This document shows, in pieces, positions 48,221-56,674 of a DNA stretch of 64,000 nucleotides (the first letter of the stretch is position 1; the number at the start of each line of letters is the position of its first letter). The stretch comes from an uncultured Nitrospiraceae bacterium (GTDB lineage Bacteria > Nitrospirota > Nitrospiria > Nitrospirales > Nitrospiraceae). The position numbers were made by a program, and so were the translations under genes. The stretch lies in contig CAWJWJ010000001.1 of NCBI GenBank assembly GCA_963846575.1, positions 1,024,001-1,088,000 on the forward strand. The letters run 5' to 3'. A model generated the notes under the pieces. That model was not told the DNA's origin. It made no database searches and worked only from the letters and a program-made list of their open reading frames with translations.

Positions 48221-49017
48221 GCCGGCTGCTGGTGTGTCCTCCCGACTATTTTCGGATCGATTATGAAATCAATCCCTGGATGCGGCGCACGAACGCAGTA
48301 GACCCGGCGCGGGCCGTCAGCCAATGGCACGGGTTGATGGAGGTCTTGGCGCACGATGTCGGGGCAGCCCTGGAACAGATGCGGCCTGTGGAAGGGCTGC
48401 CGGATATGGTCTTCACGGCCAACGCTGGTGTGGTGGTCGGTCGCCGCGCCTTGGTGAGCCGGTTCCGGCACCCCGAGCGGCAACGGGAGGAAACCTTCTT
48501 CGAACAGTGGTTTCGCGAGCAGGGTTATGAGGTGCTGACGCTCGACAAAACCCTCTATTTCGAAGGGGCCGGCGACCTCTTGGGGTTTCAGGAGACGTGG
48601 TTCGGCGGATACAGGCAGCGCTCGGACATTCGGGCGTTTCCTCAACTGGGCGAGATCTTCAAACAGGAAATCATTCCACTCGAATTGATCGACAGTCGAT
48701 TTTATCATTTGGATACCTGCTTCTGCCCTCTCAGCGGCGGAGAACTGCTCTACTTCCCCGCGGCGTTCGACGCCTATGGCCAGACGGCGATTGCACAACG
48801 AATCCCGGACGCCCTCCGCCTGATCGTGCCCGAGGACGAGGCGTTGCGATTTGCCTGTAATGCCGTCTGTGTGGGGAAACAGGTGGTGATTCCGTCCGGA
48901 TGCCCTCGTACGACCAGGCTCCTGGAGGCCTGCGGTTATCGTGTACATGCCGTGAATCTGGACGAGTTCATGAAGTCCGGCGGCGCAGCCAAGTGCTTGA
49001 CGCTCGCCCTCGACTGA
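48217..49017 (+). CDS. Amidinotransferase-fold protein, arginine dihydrolase-like (ArgZ N-terminal domain / DDAH family)
   Basis: YEINPWM, LPDMVFTANAG, FEGAGD, FYHLDTCFCPL, FACNAV, EFMKSGGAAKCLT; ATGA overlap with the upstream gene. Confidence 0.87.
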   Translation: MSRLLVCPPDYFRIDYEINPWMRRTNAVDPARAVSQWHGLMEVLAHDVGAALEQMRPVEGLPDMVFTANAGVVVGRRALVSRFRHPERQREETFFEQWFREQGYEVLTLDKTLYFEGAGDLLGFQETWFGGYRQRSDIRAFPQLGEIFKQEIIPLELIDSRFYHLDTCFCPLSGGELLYFPAAFDAYGQTAIAQRIPDALRLIVPEDEALRFACNAVCVGKQVVIPSGCPRTTRLLEACGYRVHAVNLDEFMKSGGAAKCLTLALD

Positions 49018-49037
49018 TATCCATCGCACTGTCCCGC

Positions 49038-49394
49038 CTATCGCGTACGAAAAAGAAACGACAGATAGAGTCCCGCAATGGCCGTCGTGCTGAGTTCAAT
49101 TGTGAGCAGCAGACGGCTGATGATCGCATCCGGTTGCGGTGGCGAGAGTATGAAATGGAAGCCGAGAAATTCGGCCGGCTGCGAAGGAGGGGATTCCCAG
49201 GGAGGCATCAGGAGCAACACGATGAGCACGGTCACCATGCCGTACAGAATGTTCAGGTTCAACTGTTCCTTCGAAGGCGCATTACTTCCTGCATGCGCCA
49301 CGGGCGGGACGTGAGCGTCCAGTGCGGTTCCGCATCGCGTACAGTACCGGTTGATTTCGGGGAGCGCCGATCCGCAGGAGGGACATGATTTCAT
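49038..49394 (-). CDS. Zinc-ribbon membrane protein
   Basis: CPSCG...YCTRCG, then two TM helices with PPW. Confidence 0.65.
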   Translation of the reverse strand: MKSCPSCGSALPEINRYCTRCGTALDAHVPPVAHAGSNAPSKEQLNLNILYGMVTVLIVLLLMPPWESPPSQPAEFLGFHFILSPPQPDAIISRLLLTIELSTTAIAGLYLSFLFRTR

Positions 49395-49505
49395 ATCATA
49401 TGATATCCGATGAATGGCGTAGCCTAGCGCGAGTGAAGCCGGAATTCCAGCGTCAAGAGGCACTCCACCTCCGGTGAAACGCACGCAGTCCTGCGTATCG
49501 ATTCG

Positions 49506-49535
49506 TTGACAGGTTTCAAAGCCCCTTCCTATAAT
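49506..49535 (+). promoter_or_regulatory. Consensus sigma70 promoter of gpsA-larB, leaderless-type spacing
   Basis: Exact TTGACA-18 nt-TATAAT, 8 nt before ATG 49544, no SD. Confidence 0.7.
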
Positions 49536-49543
49536 CCGCGTCC

Positions 49544-50569
49544 ATGACGGCGTCGACTATTCAACAGGTAGCAGTTATTGGGGCGGGAGCCTGGGGGACC
49601 GCGTTGGCCCGGCACCTGGCCGCGAAGGAGATTCCCGTTCGATTGTGGGCGTATGAACCTGAGGTTGTCCACGGGATAGAACGCCGGCGCGAGAACCACG
49701 TGTTTTTGCCCGGTGTCCCGCTTCCCGCGACATTGTCCGCGACAAACAGCCTTCCGGACGCCCTGGCGGGAGTCGATTGCCTGGTGTTTGCCGTGCCCTC
49801 CCATGTGGCCAGGCCGGTCTTGCGGCAGCTCGCTGCACTTGTGCCTCAGACGATTCCCCTGGTCAGTGCCACGAAAGGAATTGAAGAAGGCACCCTCGAG
49901 CTGATGTCGCAGGTCATGCGCGACATGCTCCCTGCACATATGCATGAAGCAGTACTGGTTTTGTCGGGGCCGAGTTTCGCGGCGGAAGTCAGCCGCGGGC
50001 AACCGACTGCTCTCTGTCTTGCCGGACAAAATGCCGGAGTCGTGAAGACGATCCAGAGTCTCTTCATGACGCCGAATTTCAGAGTCTATGCGGACGATGA
50101 CCTGATCGGCGTGCAACTGGGCGGCGCGTTGAAAAATGTGATGGCCTTGGCCGCCGGGGTGGTCGATGGGCTCGAACTCGGGCATAACGCCCGTGCCGCG
50201 CTCATTACCCGGGGGTTGACCGAGATGGTTCGGTTGGGAGTGGCGATGGGCGCCGACGCGCGCACCTTTTACGGACTGTCCGGCATGGGTGATCTTGTCC
50301 TCACCTGCACGGGGCCCTTGAGCCGTAATCACTCGGTAGGGGTGCGCCTGGGCAAGGGGGAACGCCTGGAGGCCATCCTGACCGGCATGCAGGCGGTGGC
50401 GGAAGGGGTGCGAACGGCGAAGGCGGCGTGGGGCCTTGCCCGGCGCTGCGGGGTGGATATGCCGATTGTCCGTGAAGTGAATGCGGTGCTCTTTGATGAC
50501 AAATCGTGCCGTCAGGCCGTAGGAGATCTTATGGAACGCGAAGCCAAGGAGGAGAAGAGCCTGTCATGA
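49544..50569 (+). CDS. gpsA: NAD(P)H-dependent glycerol-3-phosphate dehydrogenase
   Basis: GAGAWGTALA, TKGIE, LSGPSFAAEV, GGALKNV.A, GLSGMGDLVLTC...SRN, VAEGV. Confidence 0.96.
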   Translation: MTASTIQQVAVIGAGAWGTALARHLAAKEIPVRLWAYEPEVVHGIERRRENHVFLPGVPLPATLSATNSLPDALAGVDCLVFAVPSHVARPVLRQLAALVPQTIPLVSATKGIEEGTLELMSQVMRDMLPAHMHEAVLVLSGPSFAAEVSRGQPTALCLAGQNAGVVKTIQSLFMTPNFRVYADDDLIGVQLGGALKNVMALAAGVVDGLELGHNARAALITRGLTEMVRLGVAMGADARTFYGLSGMGDLVLTCTGPLSRNHSVGVRLGKGERLEAILTGMQAVAEGVRTAKAAWGLARRCGVDMPIVREVNAVLFDDKSCRQAVGDLMEREAKEEKSLS

Positions 50570-51348
50570 ATGTGGATCAGCTGCAGGTCTTGCTCACTCA
50601 GGTTCAACGCGGGAAGCTCGACATCCCGGAGGCGCTGCATCAATTGCGGATGTTGCCGTACGAAAATCTTGGATTTGCGTCCCTCGACCACCATCGAGCC
50701 CTTCGCCAGGGATTTCCGGAAGTCATTTTTTGTGAAGGGAAAACCGAACGACAGGTCGTGGCCATTGCCAAAACCCTGCTCCGCAGGACAAATTCGCTGC
50801 TGGCGACGCGTGTGGAGCCCTCCGTCGCGCGGGCGCTGGTTCGAATCAGCAAACGAGCGGTCTACCATGAGGCGGCGCGAGTCGTCGCCATAGTGCCACC
50901 TAAACTGGTCCGCCGCGGTTCGGTCTTGATCGTGACGGCCGGCACCGCTGATATTCCCGTGGCGGAAGAGGCGCGCGTTACAGCCGACATCATGGGGAGC
51001 CGGACTGACACGCTGTATGATGTGGGCGTGGCCGGATTACATCGGCTGCTTGCGCAGCAGCAGCGGTTGCATGACGCCCGAGCCCTGGTGGTGGTGGCCG
51101 GCATGGATGGCGTGCTTCCAAGCGTTGTCGGCGGCCTGGTGCGTCAACCGGTCATCGCCGTGCCGACGAGCCGGGGGTATGGCGCCAGTTTCGGCGGTCT
51201 GGCCGCGCTGTTGACCATGTTGAATTCCTGTGCGGCGGGGGTGGGAGTCATGAACATTGACAACGGCTTCGGGGCCGGGTGCATGGCGCATCGGATCAAT
51301 ATGATAGGCGAAGAGTCAGGGATTTCGACGACCGGGCGGAGTCGCTGA
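50566..51348 (+). CDS. larB: Nickel-pincer cofactor biosynthesis protein LarB
   Basis: DHHRALRQGFPEVIFCEGK, AGTADIPVAEEA, DVGVAGLHRL, AVPTSRGYG, MLNSCA.GV.VMNIDNGFGA. Confidence 0.93.
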   Translation: MNVDQLQVLLTQVQRGKLDIPEALHQLRMLPYENLGFASLDHHRALRQGFPEVIFCEGKTERQVVAIAKTLLRRTNSLLATRVEPSVARALVRISKRAVYHEAARVVAIVPPKLVRRGSVLIVTAGTADIPVAEEARVTADIMGSRTDTLYDVGVAGLHRLLAQQQRLHDARALVVVAGMDGVLPSVVGGLVRQPVIAVPTSRGYGASFGGLAALLTMLNSCAAGVGVMNIDNGFGAGCMAHRINMIGEESGISTTGRSR

Positions 51349-51370
51349 AGAGAAGAGATGTCTGCCGGGG

Positions 51371-51940
51371 TTAGTCCTTCACCACGAACTTGCCGCGTTT
51401 CGGCCAGGACAGCATTTGCGTGCGCTGGCCTTTCTCGCCATTGCTCAGCAATTTGACGCGTACCTCGTATTCGTACGATCCGATCGGGACCTGGTTTTTG
51501 TTATGGTCGAGGCCGTCCCACTCGAGGTCGATATGCACGCGTTTCTGGGAGGAGTCGCCATCCACCTGAGTGTTCGCCAGAACGTGTTCATTCACCGGCT
51601 GTCGGATCGAGAGGAAACGGAGCGATGTCATCGAGGAAGACGTCACCAGGGCTGAAACCTCGAGCATCAGCTGGTCATCGATGTCCTTAGGCAGTTGCAC
51701 GGTCGCGACAAAATGAAAAGGACCGGCCTGCGGACGATAAGGCATGGGTGTGGCTTGCAGCGTGAGGATTTTCAGTTCTGGTTCCGGTCGTGGAACGAGT
51801 TTGCTCTTGGTCTTGGCCAGCCCCTCGCCAACCTGCCCTGCCAGCAGGAAGATCGCGCTCACCAGCAAGAGGAAACCGAGCCGAATCCCCCGCGAGGCAG
51901 GGGCGGCGGCCAATGTGCTGGATCCTGACGAATTGATCAT
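51371..51940 (-). CDS. Secreted protein with FlgD-Ig-like domain
   Basis: Signal/TM segment; WDGLD...VPIGSYEY motif. Confidence 0.6.
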   Translation of the reverse strand: MINSSGSSTLAAAPASRGIRLGFLLLVSAIFLLAGQVGEGLAKTKSKLVPRPEPELKILTLQATPMPYRPQAGPFHFVATVQLPKDIDDQLMLEVSALVTSSSMTSLRFLSIRQPVNEHVLANTQVDGDSSQKRVHIDLEWDGLDHNKNQVPIGSYEYEVRVKLLSNGEKGQRTQMLSWPKRGKFVVKD

Positions 51941-52109
51941 GAATGCCGGTGTCGAACGGAATGAGTCGGCGGTTGAATCGGACGCGTATCTTCATTGGGG
52001 ATAACACAGCACCGGCGGGCTGTCAACGAAGGAGCGGAATGATTGCTGTCTGGGTGCGGGTCCGGTAAGATGCCGCTCGATTTTACCGGGAGTGAATGGC
52101 AGGAAGCTC

Positions 52110-53321
52110 ATGGCCAAGCATTTGCACTTCGACTGTTTCTCGGGCATCAGCGGTGATATGGTGCTGGGCGCGCTGGTGGATGCCGGTTTGCCCTTCAAGG
52201 AACTCGTTCGCGGGCTTACCCAGATGCCGGTCGAAGGGTTCCGTCTCACGAAGAAGCGGGTGGAGCGGGGGAGCGTCACGGCGACGAAGGTCGACGTGTT
52301 AATCGAAAAAGGATTTCGGGCGCCCTTGACTCTGGCTCAGATCAAACGGATTCTCCTGAAAAGCGGGTTGCCTGCAATCGTCAAAGGACAGAGCCAGGCG
52401 GTGTTCGATCGGTTGGCTGAAGCCGAGGGGCAGGCTCATGGAGTCGAACCCTCACAGGTGCATTTCCATGAAGTCGGCGTGATCGATTCATTCGTGGATG
52501 TCGTCGGCGGGGTGTTAGGCCTGCACCTGTTAGGGATTCAGCGAGTGACAGCCTCCGCGATTAATGTGGGATCCGGCACTGTGGCCTCGGCCCACGGGGT
52601 ACTGCCCGTGCCGGGACCGGCCGTGGCCGCCCTGGCGGTCGGGTTACCCATTTACGCTCAGGGCCCCTCCCGGGAGCTGGCGACGCCGACCGGTGTAGCC
52701 TTGGTCCGCACCCTTGCCAAGGAGTTCGGCCTGCTGCCTCCCATGGACGTGCGGCGAGTGGGATATGGAGCAGGAACGGCGAACCCGGCAGAGTGGCCGA
52801 ATGTGTTGCGGGTCTTTGTCGGTGAAGCATCCGAACCGGCAGTGGGTGTGGGCGAGACGATCGTGGAGCTGCAGACCAACATCGACGATCTCAATCCGCA
52901 AATCTATGAGACCGTGTTTGATCGGGTATTTGCCGCCGGTGCGGTCGATGCCACTGTGGCCCCGGTGACGATGAAAAAAGGTCGTCCCGGCAACGTACTC
53001 TCCGTGCTGGCTCCACGGGAAAAAGTCGAAGCGGTGTTGGCGGTGTTATTCGCCGACACGACGGCGCTGGGCATCCGCATTCACGAGGTCCAGCGACGGG
53101 TCTTGCCGCGTCGATTCACCTCGGTGCTCGTCGAGGGCTGCGAGGTCCGCATCAAACTGGCGGACCAGGCGCCGGGGCAGAGCAAAGCGTCACCCGAATA
53201 CGAAGACTGCAGACGCATTGCCGAACAAAGCGGCCGGCCTGTGAAAGATATCCTGGAATCCGCGATGCTGATGTACCGCCAGTCCCAGGGCAAAGTGCGA
53301 AGGGGCAAAGTGAACCATTGA
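52110..53321 (+). CDS. larC: Nickel-pincer cofactor nickel insertase LarC
   Basis: DCFSGISGDMVLGAL.DAG, HFHEVG..DS, HGVLPVP.PA, ELATPTG, TNIDD, MKKGRPG, PEYEDC. Confidence 0.93.
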   Translation: MAKHLHFDCFSGISGDMVLGALVDAGLPFKELVRGLTQMPVEGFRLTKKRVERGSVTATKVDVLIEKGFRAPLTLAQIKRILLKSGLPAIVKGQSQAVFDRLAEAEGQAHGVEPSQVHFHEVGVIDSFVDVVGGVLGLHLLGIQRVTASAINVGSGTVASAHGVLPVPGPAVAALAVGLPIYAQGPSRELATPTGVALVRTLAKEFGLLPPMDVRRVGYGAGTANPAEWPNVLRVFVGEASEPAVGVGETIVELQTNIDDLNPQIYETVFDRVFAAGAVDATVAPVTMKKGRPGNVLSVLAPREKVEAVLAVLFADTTALGIRIHEVQRRVLPRRFTSVLVEGCEVRIKLADQAPGQSKASPEYEDCRRIAEQSGRPVKDILESAMLMYRQSQGKVRRGKVNH

Positions 53322-53385
53322 GCGTCGAGACCGTTGCCCCGTCCCTCCTCCCTTGCCACGGCTCCCCACGAGGTCTCGCGTGACG

Positions 53386-54393
53386 ATGCTCCTGTACGCG
53401 GGACTGTTCCTGGCCTCGGTGATTATTACCCTCGGCGGATGCCAGCTCTTCACGAATGGCATTGAATGGCTGGGGAAGCGTCTCCACATTTCCGAGGGCG
53501 CGGTCGGGAGCGTGTTCGCTGCAGTCGGGACGACCCTGCCGGAGACCTCGATTCCGATCATTGCCATTTTTTTCGGTGCAGGCCGGGAACAGGTCGAGGT
53601 GGGCCTGGGCGCGATCCTCGGCGCGCCCTTCATGCTGAGTACGCTGGTCTTGCCGATTCTCGCGCTGCTGTTACTGCTCTATGCCCGGATTGGAAAACGG
53701 ACGGCCACCTTCAAACTCAACTATGGCGAAGTCCGGATCGATATCCTGTTCTTCCTCATCAGTTATGCCCTGGCATTAATCTGTGCCGCCATCCCCTCGC
53801 GGCTCTTTCACTGGGCGATCGCCGCGGTCCTGATCGGACTGTATATCTATTACATGCGACTCAAATTCTCAGGAGAGGATGAGGAGACGGAGGGGGAGGG
53901 AACCATCGAACCACTCCTGTTTGCGAGGCGATCTCTCCACCCTTCCTATGTCGTCATCGGCCTGCAAGGGATTGTGGGGTTGCTGGGATTGATCGGAGGG
54001 GCGCATCTTTTCGTCACGGCAGCGAACTCCATTTCGGCCGAACTCCATGTCTCGCCGCTGATCCTCGCCTTGCTGATTGCGCCTCTGGCGACGGAGTTGC
54101 CTGAAATGTCCAATAGTTTTCTCTGGCTCTACCGGAAGAAGGATCGGCTGGCGGTGGGAAATGTCACCGGGGCCATGGTGTTTCAGGGCACGTTTCCCGT
54201 GTCCGTAGGCTTGCTGGGGACCGATTGGGTATTGGGAACGACGGCCCTGGCCACAATGGTGCTTGCCGTGTTCGCCATGGGGATCAGCCTGCTTCAGGTG
54301 CTGTGGTCGGGTCAGTGGCGCCCCTGGTTGCTCAGCGGCAGTGCCTTGCTGTACCTTGGCTACACATTATTCCTGTTCATGAATGGATCCTAA
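53386..54393 (+). CDS. Ca2+:cation antiporter (CaCA/YrbG-like) family protein
   Basis: About 10 TM helices; alpha repeats AVGTTLPE and APLATELPE; LAVGNVTGA. Confidence 0.85.
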   Translation: MLLYAGLFLASVIITLGGCQLFTNGIEWLGKRLHISEGAVGSVFAAVGTTLPETSIPIIAIFFGAGREQVEVGLGAILGAPFMLSTLVLPILALLLLLYARIGKRTATFKLNYGEVRIDILFFLISYALALICAAIPSRLFHWAIAAVLIGLYIYYMRLKFSGEDEETEGEGTIEPLLFARRSLHPSYVVIGLQGIVGLLGLIGGAHLFVTAANSISAELHVSPLILALLIAPLATELPEMSNSFLWLYRKKDRLAVGNVTGAMVFQGTFPVSVGLLGTDWVLGTTALATMVLAVFAMGISLLQVLWSGQWRPWLLSGSALLYLGYTLFLFMNGS

Positions 54394-55432
54394 ACGCATG
54401 CCACGTCCAGAACGTCCGGTCTTGGGCCTTACGATGGGTGATCCTGCCGGGATCGGGCCGGAGGTGATCGCGAAGGCCCTGGCCGATAGGGCCCTGGCGC
54501 GAATGTGCCGTCCCGTGGTGGTCGGCTCCCTTGCCGTGATGGAACGGACGATCACGTCGCTGAAGCTTCCGCTCCAGATTGTCGAGTTCGATCCGTCGCG
54601 CACCTCGCGACTCAAAGCCGGGCAGGTGGCCGTGGTGGATGCACTCGGCAGCCCCTTGCCGCGATTTCGCATGGGGGTGGCGTCGGAGGTCACCGGCGCT
54701 GCGTCTATTGCGTTCATCAAGACGGCTGTGGAACTTGCACAGGCGGGAATTCTCAGCGGGATCGTGACTGCGCCGATCAATAAAGAAGCCATGAACATGG
54801 CCGGTTATCATTATCCCGGCCATACGGAACTGCTGGCCGATCTGACCAAGACCAAGGAATTCGGCATGATGATCGTGGGCGGACCCCTGAAAATCATGTT
54901 CACCACCACCCATGTCGCGATCAATTCCCTTTCCTCAATGCTGACCACGGAACGGATTGCCACAGCCATTCGTCTCGCCCATCTGGGGCTGACGCGATAC
55001 TTCGGCATTGCGCGGCCGAAGATCGGTGTGGCGGCATTGAACCCGCATGCGGGCGAACACGGGTTGTTCGGAAACGAAGAGGCGACCAGCATTGTTCCGG
55101 CCGTGGAACAGGCCCGGGCCGCCGGAATCAAAGCCAGCGAACCGTTACCCGCCGATACGCTGTTCGGGAAAGCTGCCAGAGGCGCGTACGACGGCGTCGT
55201 GGCGATGTATCACGATCAAGGCCTGATCCCGCTGAAACTGATCGCCTTCGGTACGTGCGTGAATCTGACAGTGGGCCTCCCGATCATCCGGACTTCGGTG
55301 GACCATGGGACGGCGTATGATATCGCCGGCAAAGGGGTGGCTGAACATGGCAGCCTGTTGGAGGCCGTGAAGGTGGCCGCCAGACTGACCCAGTCCTGGT
55401 CATCTGCGACCGGACGGTCCATTCGTTCATAG
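54383..55432 (+). CDS. pdxA: 4-hydroxythreonine-4-phosphate dehydrogenase
   Basis: TMGDPAGIGPE, TAPINKE, PGHTE, LNPHAGE, PADTLF, MYHDQG, RTSVDHGTA.DIAG. Confidence 0.95.
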   Translation: MDPKRMPRPERPVLGLTMGDPAGIGPEVIAKALADRALARMCRPVVVGSLAVMERTITSLKLPLQIVEFDPSRTSRLKAGQVAVVDALGSPLPRFRMGVASEVTGAASIAFIKTAVELAQAGILSGIVTAPINKEAMNMAGYHYPGHTELLADLTKTKEFGMMIVGGPLKIMFTTTHVAINSLSSMLTTERIATAIRLAHLGLTRYFGIARPKIGVAALNPHAGEHGLFGNEEATSIVPAVEQARAAGIKASEPLPADTLFGKAARGAYDGVVAMYHDQGLIPLKLIAFGTCVNLTVGLPIIRTSVDHGTAYDIAGKGVAEHGSLLEAVKVAARLTQSWSSATGRSIRS

Positions 55433-55449
55433 AGAGGAGTGTGCCCGGT

Positions 55450-55761
55450 ATGTCAGAAACGGCCGCATCAGTCATCGATCAACAGGTGAAGGAGTTGGAT
55501 GCGATTGCGAAACGGACGGTGCAGGATTTTAATACCGTCCTGGGCGCGGAACGGATGGGGCAATGGAAGATCCGCACGGTGGCACTGTTGCAGCATCATA
55601 CGGGCAAGAAAGAGGCAGACGAGCTGGCGGGTAAGGATCCCGGTCCGGCCTTTACCAACGATCTGATCGAAGAATTCACCGATGAGGTGGAGTGTTATCG
55701 CTCATACCTCGTGGCGCTCGCCAAACGGCTCCGAGCCGCGGTGCCGCCGCCGGCAGGATAG
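55450..55761 (+). CDS. Hypothetical helical protein
   Basis: GAGGAG SD; fills the gap between pdxA and rsmA. Confidence 0.55.
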   Translation: MSETAASVIDQQVKELDAIAKRTVQDFNTVLGAERMGQWKIRTVALLQHHTGKKEADELAGKDPGPAFTNDLIEEFTDEVECYRSYLVALAKRLRAAVPPPAG

Positions 55762-55775
55762 TTCGGCGCAAGACC

Positions 55776-56579
55776 ATGGCTCCCTCGTTCCCACCAGCGC
55801 TCAAACGGCTCGGCCAGAACTTCCTCATTGATCCTAACATCATACGCAAGATCGTGGCTCTGGCAGCGCTTCGTCCCGATGAGGCGGTGCTGGAAATCGG
55901 GCCGGGGCGAGGGGCCCTGACGGCAGGCTTGTGCGCCGACGCGGGCCGGGTCATTGCCGTCGAGATTGATCCGCAGCTGCAGCCTTTGCTCCAGGAGAGC
56001 CTCAAGCATTGTCGTAACCTGGACCTTCGGATCGGGGACGCGCTGGCATTCCCCTTCGAGACATTGCCGCCTCGCACCGTGGTGGTCGCGAATCTGCCCT
56101 ATTATGCCTCGACCCCGCTGCTGTTTGCGTTACTCGATGCCCGCGCCACACTCGACCGTATGGTCCTGATGCTGCAAACGGAAGTGGCTCTCCGGCTGAC
56201 GGCCAAACCGAACAGCAAGGACTATGGAATCCTTTCCGTGCTGACGCAGGAGGCGGCGGACGTGGAACTGGCCTTCCGTGTGTCCGCGAATTGTTTTCGC
56301 CCCCGCCCGACCGTGGGGTCGGCGGTGGTGCGCCTCACCATCAAGTCCCGGGACGGGTTCGACCCGGTTCATCACGAGCGATTCCGTCGCCTCGTGAGGG
56401 CGTCATTCGCTCATCGACGGAAGACCCTGGTGAATTCCTTGCGTGATGAAGGTTATCCCGCTGACCGCATCGCTCGCGCCATGGAAACGGCTGCGGTGCC
56501 GTTGCAGGCGAGGGCGGAAATGCTCACCCTGGAGACCTACCGCGCGCTCGCGCGCGGCATGCACCCGGATCAACCCTGA
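55776..56579 (+). CDS. rsmA: 16S rRNA m6,2A1518/1519 dimethyltransferase
   Basis: KRLGQNFL.D, VLEIGPG.GALT, VEID, VANLPY, MLQ.EVA.RL, F.PRP.V.S, F.HRRKTL.N. Confidence 0.95.
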   Translation: MAPSFPPALKRLGQNFLIDPNIIRKIVALAALRPDEAVLEIGPGRGALTAGLCADAGRVIAVEIDPQLQPLLQESLKHCRNLDLRIGDALAFPFETLPPRTVVVANLPYYASTPLLFALLDARATLDRMVLMLQTEVALRLTAKPNSKDYGILSVLTQEAADVELAFRVSANCFRPRPTVGSAVVRLTIKSRDGFDPVHHERFRRLVRASFAHRRKTLVNSLRDEGYPADRIARAMETAAVPLQARAEMLTLETYRALARGMHPDQP

Positions 56580-56638
56580 GCGCTGCTGCCGGGCGTGAAG
56601 CGCCGGCCTCAAGCCTTTGCGCGAGATGTTCCCTTTGT

Positions 56639-56667
56639 TTGAAAAGCCCTTTTCCCTGTGCTACGAT
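56639..56667 (+). promoter_or_regulatory. Putative sigma70 promoter of ftsK-lolA, leaderless-type spacing
   Basis: TTGAAA-17 nt-(TGc)TACGAT, 7 nt before ATG 56675. Confidence 0.55.
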
Positions 56668-56674
56668 CCGCCGC

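Noticed and set aside
50566..51348. purE (AIR carboxylase)
   Set aside because: The N-terminal DHHR..R.GFPE extension and the PTS.GYG/NIDNGFGA motifs are LarB-specific.
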